DNA of 64,000 nucleotides from Candidatus Berkelbacteria bacterium (GTDB taxonomy: Bacteria; Patescibacteriota; UBA1384; 2-12-FULL-50-11): positions 17,415-81,414 of the forward strand of contig CP066697.1 in the NCBI GenBank assembly GCA_016432625.1, read 5' to 3'. A program made the position numbers and the translations under genes. Shown here one piece after another: positions 57,380 to 64,000 of the stretch (positions are counted from its first letter, which is position 1; the number at the start of each line of letters is the position of its first letter). A model generated the notes under the pieces. The model was not told the DNA's origin and did not search any database. It was given only the letters and a program-made list of their open reading frames with translations.

Positions 57380-57982
57380 TTATCCCTGCGGCTGTTTCTT
57401 TTTAGCCAGCAACCAATCTGGTTCTGGAACGAAAGTTATTTCTGGCCAGTTGTCGATCTCGTGCTCAGTGAAGTCGTAGTATTTTTGGTAGGCAGTTTCG
57501 ACGCTGCCGTGCATCGCCATGTCCCAATTTAAGCCAGTTTTTTCAGCCGATGTTCTCAGTAGCTCTTCGCGGGGCGCTTCTAGCTCGACGAAAGTTGGTA
57601 TCCACGGCCAGGTATCAATTGTGACCTCGCAGTCGCCAAGGACCCACTTTTCTCGCCTCGTTTCCTGGTAAGAACGCTGAATCAAGCCGATCGCTTTAAG
57701 AAGCTGTCCAGTTTTTTCAAAATCTCCAACAGTGGTTTCCACCTCCTGGGTGCCGTGTAAGGAGCGGTCGTTAAGCTGTTTGTATGAAAAGGTTATCTTG
57801 TCGCCCTCGTCACGTACCCGTACCCAGCCGCCGATTTTTTCGAGACGCGAATCGGGGTAGTCGAACACCATTCGTCGCATCAGGCGCTCGGGGTGGATTT
57901 GTTTGGCACCAAGACGTTGTAAATTTTCGCGAAATTCGTCCGGATTGATGTCTAACCACTTCGCCTCAATCTCGACCTGCAT
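57380..57982 (-). CDS. CYTH-domain protein (class IV adenylate cyclase CyaB-like)
   Basis: EIEAKW, WVRVRDEG, SYKQ, QETRREKW, IDTWPWIP.FVELE. Confidence 0.85.
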   Translation of the reverse strand: MQVEIEAKWLDINPDEFRENLQRLGAKQIHPERLMRRMVFDYPDSRLEKIGGWVRVRDEGDKITFSYKQLNDRSLHGTQEVETTVGDFEKTGQLLKAIGLIQRSYQETRREKWVLGDCEVTIDTWPWIPTFVELEAPREELLRTSAEKTGLNWDMAMHGSVETAYQKYYDFTEHEIDNWPEITFVPEPDWLLAKKKQPQG

Positions 57983-58611
57983 TAGTTAACCTCGCCAAGG
58001 TGAGCGTGGTCGTTCCAGGTGATAAGTTTCCAACGCCCCTCTTGCTGTTCGCAGACCGTAATGCCGGTGTTATTAAGTTGAAGCAGCTTCGCCAAACCGA
58101 TGTACCTATCCCAGTCAAGATCGTCGCCGTAAGCCATGGTGGCAAGTACATAGCGCAGAATCGTGCCGTGCAGGACTACGACAACGGCTTTCTCTTTCCG
58201 TCCCTCGAGAAATGTCACTAATTTTTTAGCTCGATCTTTCAAGTCGAAAAATGTCTCTTCATCTGAATGACGGAAATCGGGGTTGCGGATATTCTTCTCA
58301 ATCTCGGCCTTTGCCGCGGCCAACGTCGGGTCGTCGTGCGGTTTGCCATGAAACTCTTTGGGGAGGTTACGCTCACGGGCGAGCGGTGTTATCTCTAACG
58401 GGACGCCAGTCTCCCGATGGATAATCTCTGCCGTTTCCTTAGCGCGATCCATGTCGCTAGAGATTATTTGTTCAAAAACAACGTGTTTAAGTCGTCGGGC
58501 AACGTAGCTGGCTTGTTCTTTGCCGACCGCGGAGAGGGGCGTCTCTGGTCCCTGGTGGATACCGCTTTCGTTAAGCACACTTTTACCGTGACGAATAAAA
58601 TAGATCCGCAT
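57982..58611 (-). CDS. Histidine phosphatase (phosphoglycerate mutase family)
   Basis: YFIRHG, SSDMDRAKETA, HGTILR, NTGIT, WNDHAHL. Confidence 0.9.
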   Translation of the reverse strand: MRIYFIRHGKSVLNESGIHQGPETPLSAVGKEQASYVARRLKHVVFEQIISSDMDRAKETAEIIHRETGVPLEITPLARERNLPKEFHGKPHDDPTLAAAKAEIEKNIRNPDFRHSDEETFFDLKDRAKKLVTFLEGRKEKAVVVVLHGTILRYVLATMAYGDDLDWDRYIGLAKLLQLNNTGITVCEQQEGRWKLITWNDHAHLGEVN

Positions 58612-58648
58612 AACCTAATTCTACGTCCCTAACCTGGAGAAGTCGAGT

Positions 58649-58942
58649 TTAATGCTCCGTCCAAATTTCGCCCAATAAGAACACTAGCATGAAGGCACCG
58701 ACGATTATGGCTATGTACACCGCCACCGAACGCTCGCCTTTAACTAGGGCGATAACTCCGCAGATGAAGGCGGCAACGGCTGACGCGGCAGCCCCAAGAC
58801 CTGTCACAGCTAGACTCCAATTATCAAAAAATTCCTCGCCACCGCGCTCACCTGAAGTCACGAATAATACTTGGACAGCTACAAAGACAAAGAAAGCGAT
58901 GGCTAAGGTAACCGACCATTTGCCTAAACTCGTTTTTGGCAT
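58649..58942 (-). CDS. Small three-TM membrane protein
   Basis: PKTSLGKWS, hydrophobic helices, KGERS, LLGE. Confidence 0.7.
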   Translation of the reverse strand: MPKTSLGKWSVTLAIAFFVFVAVQVLFVTSGERGGEEFFDNWSLAVTGLGAAASAVAAFICGVIALVKGERSVAVYIAIIVGAFMLVFLLGEIWTEH

Positions 58943-59010
58943 CAGTTATATTATATACCCTCAGCCTATCCCGACGGCAGCGGATAGCGGATGCTGATAA
59001 TATAGATTTA

Positions 59011-59829
59011 ATGAAAGAGGTCGTCTCCAAGCCCTACTGGTATGTTGATCTGAAATGGTTTTTTGGCATTCTATTTACTCTCGCCCTTACTCTTACCCTC
59101 TCACTCTCATTAGCTAATCGGCTTACCGAAGAAAAAACGGCCGTTGACCTGTCGACAGTTGCCCTAGCGACGCTATTTAGCCGTGACGGTGGTGGCCTGG
59201 ATGATCCGAAAGCCGTTGAAGAGTTCAAGGCGAAACTGAAAGAATCTGACGAAGAGCTCATTCGCCCAATTGAGACTATCCCGGCAATTACTATTAGTCG
59301 AGATGATGTTGAGAAGCTATCGCCTCGAGAGTTGCGCCTGAAAATCTTCCGTCAGATCACGGAGCCGCTCTACAACGAAGGTGTTGATGGCGCCGTTAAG
59401 CGCTTTACAGATAACCCTGAGGAGCAGAAAAAGTTGGCTAATGACGCCTCCCTGTTACGATTTCTAACTAAAGACACTCACGAGAAGATTTCAAGTTTTC
59501 TAACGATCGGCATTGCCGTCACGGTTTTATTTTTGATTGGCCTCGTCTTCTTTAGCTTTGGCTGGGGACGTCTCGGCAATCCAGGGCTGATCTTATTCGT
59601 TCTAGGGTTACCCGGGGCGGCGTTCGGCTTATTAATCAGTAACCCACCGTCTAACGGTGACGGAGGCGGGCTAAGTTCCCTGCCACCGGAGTTTGGGGTA
59701 GCAATTGCTCAGCAACTGAAGTCAGTCTTCGGCTTAGTCTCTCTCGGAGGTTTAACGTTACTGGTTGTGGCGCTGGTTGGCTCGATAATTAGCCGTCGCC
59801 GGCGCCGTATCGCTAAGAATTCGGCCTAG
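59011..59829 (+). CDS. Hypothetical membrane protein
   Basis: N-terminal TM, soluble domain, three C-terminal TMs; -10-like element just before ATG 59011. Confidence 0.7.
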   Translation: MKEVVSKPYWYVDLKWFFGILFTLALTLTLSLSLANRLTEEKTAVDLSTVALATLFSRDGGGLDDPKAVEEFKAKLKESDEELIRPIETIPAITISRDDVEKLSPRELRLKIFRQITEPLYNEGVDGAVKRFTDNPEEQKKLANDASLLRFLTKDTHEKISSFLTIGIAVTVLFLIGLVFFSFGWGRLGNPGLILFVLGLPGAAFGLLISNPPSNGDGGGLSSLPPEFGVAIAQQLKSVFGLVSLGGLTLLVVALVGSIISRRRRRIAKNSA

Positions 59830-60470
59830 TTACCAAGGCCGGCAAACTTTTCGTTGCAGAGCGCCTGGCCGGTGGGGTTTGTGTGAGCGGGGACTATCTT
59901 GGCCCAGGCTTGTTCTATCCTTGCCTTAGAATCGGCGTCGAAGTATTCAAGCGGGCAGAGACGGCTAAAGCCGGGAAAACTATCGTAGCCAAACTCCCAG
60001 TGCAGCTGATAGTTCGTGTGCCCCTCAGGAAAACGTGTGCCATGTGGGTAGCCGAGTAAGTCGCCTTGTTTAACCTTAGTGCCACGCCGAATGCCTGACG
60101 CTACCGATTCTAGCTCTTTGTAAACTGACTTATATTCACCACTTTTGAGTGTGACGTAGAGAACCGCTGCGTCCCCGTCCTTGGCTTTAGTGACGCCGGT
60201 AATAATGCCGTCAGAAGTGGCAACAAGCTGTGCGGCGTAGGCCCATTGGAAATCGATCCCCTCGTGACCGTTAGGGTGAACTGACTCTATCTCGCCAAGC
60301 GGTCGGATTCCGGTTGGCTCGTCCTGGCTGTGGTAGGGCAAACCGATAGCGATCTCCTCGTGCCCTAGAAATGACTCGGGACGGTCTTTAAGGTAGGACC
60401 AGCTTGCTCTCAAGCCAAGAACCAGAACTAAACCGAGCAGAATATACCCGGCTAAGCGGAGTAATTTCAT
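59826..60470 (-). CDS. Membrane-anchored M23-family peptidase
   Basis: GHEGIDF (HxxxD), VATSDGII, KVKQGDLLG, QLHWEF. Confidence 0.75.
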   Translation of the reverse strand: MKLLRLAGYILLGLVLVLGLRASWSYLKDRPESFLGHEEIAIGLPYHSQDEPTGIRPLGEIESVHPNGHEGIDFQWAYAAQLVATSDGIITGVTKAKDGDAAVLYVTLKSGEYKSVYKELESVASGIRRGTKVKQGDLLGYPHGTRFPEGHTNYQLHWEFGYDSFPGFSRLCPLEYFDADSKARIEQAWAKIVPAHTNPTGQALCNEKFAGLGN

Positions 60471-60478
60471 CTGAGCTT

Positions 60479-61753
60479 TTATCGGGTATAGATCTTTGCT
60501 TTGTCTGTGAAGCTCGTTATCGCGCTGCAGTTCTTACCGACGAATAATTCGAACTTGAGTTTTTGGGTCTCTATAAGCTGTCCCAGGGCACAGCCGAAGT
60601 GTTGCGAGGGATTTGGCTTCAAAGTAACTGCATCGGCCGTGAAGCCCATCTTGTCCCACTTTGAGCCATCTGTCTTAACGTAATCCCATCCACCAAGGTC
60701 GTATTTTACTAGCCCAGTATCAACACCGACACTTGCCGGGCTGGCGCTGCCAGGCAATATGGCGTACTGCATATCGTCATCGTGCTCGAGCACTTTATAT
60801 AAAAATCCCATCGAGATGATTGATTGTGTTGGATCGAAATGGTCCGGCGAAATAGAAAGATGAGTTTTCCAGTAGGCACCGGCATTGCGGTTGGCTTCAG
60901 TGCCCATGTAACCATTGGAGCCCTCTTCGAACCAGTTGCCGATCATCTTGCCGTCGATGTCATAATCAATCTTACCGCTGACAGGCTCAGCTTGGCGGAC
61001 GTATTTACTCAGTAAGGATGCTTTTAGCTCGTCAGTATAGTAGTTAAGCGGGTCAGCAGTGTAGAGTTTCCAGCGCTCGGCTTCATAGCTTGAGGGCTTA
61101 ATGAAACCAGTCACCGGTTTGGTCGTATCCCAAACGGCAAAATCGAGCGTCCGGCCGCCGATGCGGCCGATAAGTTGGCCGGCTTTCACGACGATTGTGC
61201 CGCTGAAAAAGCCATTACGATTATTCTTGTCAAATTCAGCTTTAATCTCAGGCGCTAAGCTTGTAACGAGGTCGTAGTAGTAGAAGAAAGTGCAGCTAAC
61301 GGTGAAGACCAGGCGATATTCTGTGGCTGGATGGGTTTCATTTTTTCTGGTGCCAATATCAACGATCGTTGAGTCGGCCATCGCCCGGACTTCGTACGCA
61401 TCGATCGGCGATTTATAGTCGGCGGGTGAGAAATATTGATGATCAATCGGTGTCACGTGTCCGCCAACCATTAGGCCATAAGGAATGATGTGGGTAAAGT
61501 CCTCCATTTTCATCGGTGAGGCCGACAGCTTATAAGGCACGCCCTCGCCTTCGCAGTGGTTATTACTTAATGACTGACCGGCCTTGATTGCGTCCTTGGG
61601 GTTGGATTGATCGCCGATCGTATTCTGATCGTTATTCTTAGTCGCGTTCTGGGTGACGGGAGGGTTTGACCTGAGAAAGTAAACGGCAACGCTAACGAAA
61701 ATGATGAGTAAAGGCACTGCAACGAAAAGAAAAACCTTTCTTACTCGACTCAT
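60479..61753 (-). CDS. Membrane-anchored exported protein with M23-like fold
   Basis: N-terminal TM, GHVTPIDHQYF, VRAMADSTI, VKAGQLIG, LDFAVWD. Confidence 0.6.
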   Translation of the reverse strand: MSRVRKVFLFVAVPLLIIFVSVAVYFLRSNPPVTQNATKNNDQNTIGDQSNPKDAIKAGQSLSNNHCEGEGVPYKLSASPMKMEDFTHIIPYGLMVGGHVTPIDHQYFSPADYKSPIDAYEVRAMADSTIVDIGTRKNETHPATEYRLVFTVSCTFFYYYDLVTSLAPEIKAEFDKNNRNGFFSGTIVVKAGQLIGRIGGRTLDFAVWDTTKPVTGFIKPSSYEAERWKLYTADPLNYYTDELKASLLSKYVRQAEPVSGKIDYDIDGKMIGNWFEEGSNGYMGTEANRNAGAYWKTHLSISPDHFDPTQSIISMGFLYKVLEHDDDMQYAILPGSASPASVGVDTGLVKYDLGGWDYVKTDGSKWDKMGFTADAVTLKPNPSQHFGCALGQLIETQKLKFELFVGKNCSAITSFTDKAKIYTR

Positions 61754-61791
61754 TAACTTTTAGCGTAACTGCCCCCGTGCTCGTTGTCGAG

Positions 61792-62541
61792 CTATTTCGA
61801 CTTGGGCACCTCGGCTCTGCCGTAAGGGCATTCTTTTTTCCCGACGCGGACCGCCCAGCCAGAGTCGCCGTAAGAAAAATGCCAGTACTCGTCGCGACAG
61901 TTAGAGAAACCTACACCGTACATCGCCTTAATTAGAATGGTTCGGTATTCTCGCATTTCTGGTGATAGGTGCGTGGCCCAAGTTGCTCCAAGCTTCCACT
62001 TGGTAACGTCAGATAAGGAAAGATTTTCGAAGATCCGCTGCTGTTGGTGGATGCCGGCAGTGTCTTTGCCGCAGTCAGGCAGAATATCGACAAACTGACC
62101 GTCAGTTGTTTGTAGTACGACATCAATGGCGGCACCGGTACAGTGTCCCGGCGGGGCGTAGTGGTCGCAGGGAGCAGCGTACTGATTGGCCGCTCGTCGT
62201 AAACTTGCTTCAGGCCAGTCAGGGTGAATTTTTTTGTGGAGGTCGTAATGCTGTTGCCAGAGGCTTTTTTGGCGCTCGAAACTACGCCAGGCGCTAAGCG
62301 CAAAGAGTTGAAGACCTTCTGGAAGACGGCGCGATGCCTGGTCGAGCATCGTGGCAGCAGTTTTTCTGAGGTACGGCTGCATGCCATCGGGGGTACCGGC
62401 GTCAGACGGAAAAATAACCAGCGGACAAGCGATCCGTAAATCAACCAACGGCTCGTGGTTCTCGATTATTTTTACCTTGTCGAGCGCCGCCATTGGCTCA
62501 CGCACACCACCAATAACTATCGGGACGGGAAACGGTTTCAT
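61792..62541 (-). CDS. D-Ala-D-Ala dipeptidase, M15 family (VanX/DdpX-like)
   Basis: SAWRSFERQ, PGHCTGAAID, EYWHFSYGD. Confidence 0.85.
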   Translation of the reverse strand: MKPFPVPIVIGGVREPMAALDKVKIIENHEPLVDLRIACPLVIFPSDAGTPDGMQPYLRKTAATMLDQASRRLPEGLQLFALSAWRSFERQKSLWQQHYDLHKKIHPDWPEASLRRAANQYAAPCDHYAPPGHCTGAAIDVVLQTTDGQFVDILPDCGKDTAGIHQQQRIFENLSLSDVTKWKLGATWATHLSPEMREYRTILIKAMYGVGFSNCRDEYWHFSYGDSGWAVRVGKKECPYGRAEVPKSK

Positions 62542-62543
62542 TG

Positions 62544-63161
62544 CTACAGATTATATTGTGCCGTACGAATTAAATAAACGTCCTTGGGATCAGAGCGTGG
62601 TGATAATACGAGGATCTCGGAATTTCCGAAGTGGAACATCGTTAGAATTTCTTGCCACGCCAAGTTGTAGTAGGCGCAGTAAATCATTTTGCCGATGTCG
62701 CCATGGCTTACAAGCAATATGTTGCCGTCCTGATGAGCGCGGCGAATCGAATTAAGCGTCAGTCTTGCTCTATCAACTAACTGGGGAAAAGTTTCCGCGC
62801 CCTCAGGGCTGAGGAAATATGTTACCGTGTCGGTTTTCAGAATATCTGGGGCGCAGAGGTTCTCGATCTCCGCCTGTGGCTTGCCGGTCATTACGCCAAA
62901 GTCACGCTCAATTAAGCCATCCAGTTTTTCAGGTTTTGAAACTCCAAGTGTCTCGGCGATTATCTCGGCAGTATGATAGGCACGCTTGAGGGGCGATGAG
63001 TATATCTTGTCAATTTTTATACCGGTCTGCTGCAGCTCCTCGGCGACGATCCCCGCCTGTTCAACGCCTTTTTCGGTTAAGGGCATATCCCGCCGGCCGT
63101 TCAGGATGCCGTTGACGTTATCTAGGTCTTGTCCGTGCCTAGCCAGGTAGATAGTTAGCAT
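62544..63161 (-). CDS. Histidine phosphatase (phosphoglycerate mutase family)
   Basis: YLARHG, YSSPLKRAYHTA, ERDFG, VSHG. Confidence 0.9.
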   Translation of the reverse strand: MLTIYLARHGQDLDNVNGILNGRRDMPLTEKGVEQAGIVAEELQQTGIKIDKIYSSPLKRAYHTAEIIAETLGVSKPEKLDGLIERDFGVMTGKPQAEIENLCAPDILKTDTVTYFLSPEGAETFPQLVDRARLTLNSIRRAHQDGNILLVSHGDIGKMIYCAYYNLAWQEILTMFHFGNSEILVLSPRSDPKDVYLIRTAQYNL

Positions 63162-63208
63162 TTTCAAAATTGTACTCCCGAACCGGATAATGTCGAGCTA
63201 ACCGTATG

Positions 63209-63760
63209 TTACTTAGGACCCATGGTGCGTTTGAGCATCTCGACTAACTTATCTCTGTCCCAAAGCTCGGTGCCGTTGTGAAAGGCCAACTCTCGGGCTT
63301 GAGCGGTGAAGAAGTTATTCGTGACCACAATCGAGTGAGTGCAATTGTATTTCGCTCGGGCCGTGACCGCTTCTTGAACTGCTTTGAGGCCAACTGGTTT
63401 GGAGTAACGTTTGGCTTGAACAACTGTTCGGATATCGTCCTTGACAACAATTAGGTCCGCGCCCCAATCGCCTCGATACGGAGTTGCCTGGACAGCGTAG
63501 CCCAAGTCTTGGAACACCAGCCAAAGCTTTTGCTCGAACGCCTCGCCGTCCATGCGATCAATCTCAAGCATGCCGCTGGCTCGCAGCCGCTCCATCCTTT
63601 GTCGGAAAAGGTATACGTAGAGAGCGGCACAAATTAATGCCGCTATGCCGATTACAATTTTCCAAATCCACGGTACGACGAGCAGAACAATGACAACCGC
63701 TAATATCGCCGCAAAGAGCGAATCGTTGAGTAGAGATTTGGAGCTCTTCCGCCGCGCCAT
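63209..63760 (-). CDS. Mrr-like restriction endonuclease domain with N-terminal TMs
   Basis: DRMDGEAFE, GDWGADL, VVQAKRYS..VG..AVQE, VTNNFFT..A. Confidence 0.88.
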   Translation of the reverse strand: MARRKSSKSLLNDSLFAAILAVVIVLLVVPWIWKIVIGIAALICAALYVYLFRQRMERLRASGMLEIDRMDGEAFEQKLWLVFQDLGYAVQATPYRGDWGADLIVVKDDIRTVVQAKRYSKPVGLKAVQEAVTARAKYNCTHSIVVTNNFFTAQARELAFHNGTELWDRDKLVEMLKRTMGPK

Positions 63761-63796
63761 TTCCACAATTGTAGTCTCGAACCTGGAAAAGTCGAG

Positions 63797-64000
63797 CTAC
63801 GCCTTCTTAGCTCGTTTCTCAAGGATCCACTGCTGCGATTTGCTCAGTTGCTTGTCGGTGCGGTGCGTACAGCCGAGCCAGCAGCACGGGCGGCGTTTGC
63901 CTCCTTTGAGCTCAGGAACGACCCGGTCGATATGTTCCTGCCTAGTTTTGGCTTGTTTGACGAACTCCACCCAACAAATCCACTCATTACGAGCGAGCGG
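63797..64000 (-). CDS. YdeI/OmpD-associated family protein, C-terminal part (truncated by window edge)
   Basis: PLARNEWICWV..KQAKTRQEHI..L..GKRRPCCW read in frame to TAG at 63797. Confidence 0.75.
   Translation of the reverse strand, partial: PLARNEWICWVEFVKQAKTRQEHIDRVVPELKGGKRRPCCWLGCTHRTDKQLSKSQQWILEKRAKKA

Noticed and set aside
54960-57410. Integron attC array
   Set aside because: Some genes end in RYYYAAC (accD GCCTAAC, 55004 gene ACCTAAC) but no matching GTTRRRY closes the hairpins, orientations are mixed and no integrase is present
63209-63766. Multi-gene defence island
   Set aside because: Only a lone TM-anchored Mrr-like gene; no methylase or other defence genes adjacent within the window
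1-64000. Alternative genetic code (TGA recoded as in Gracilibacteria/Absconditabacteria)
   Set aside because: Conserved genes are full length in code 11 and several (ppsA, dnaG, msrB) end at TGA at expected positions

Overview
Chromosomal window of a small-genome bacterium, most likely Patescibacteria/CPR. This is inferred from the compact gene packing, truncated HolA, short SigA-type RpoD, DUF2207/DUF2157/cohesin-type membrane proteins, extended ribosomal proteins and pervasive leaderless promoters. The housekeeping backbone comprises holA, lepB, rpsT, a DHH phosphoesterase, rpsO, pnp, udg, rnj, ftsK, rodZ-like, recA, recX, ppsA, tRNA-Ser(GGA), dnaG, rpoD, lysS, rmuC and msrA/msrB. It is interleaved with many single accessory genes that carry their own Shine-Dalgarno site and GC-rich hairpin: glnA, phenylalanine hydroxylase, purC/pyrE/pyrF/purB, accD, a beta-barrel-like protein and hypotheticals. 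No integrase, transposase, CRISPR array or rRNA is seen. The most unusual signal is a set of short palindromic insertions at or in essential genes, associated with duplication of gene ends. These are a 66-bp synonymously diverged second copy of the rpoD 3' end, duplicated 5' and 3' ends of tRNA-Ser about 100 bp either side, two insertions at or in holA, and an ~85-98 bp hairpin element present twice. Other notable items: a probable CTG start for dnaG, an attenuator-like leader before an AsnRS-paralog asparagine synthetase, a 54-aa Cys/His-rich protein, an outer-membrane-type beta-barrel in a presumed monoderm, and three membrane-anchored M23-like proteins, two of them beside a VanX-like peptidase. 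All calls are from motif recognition by eye; no database searches were run.
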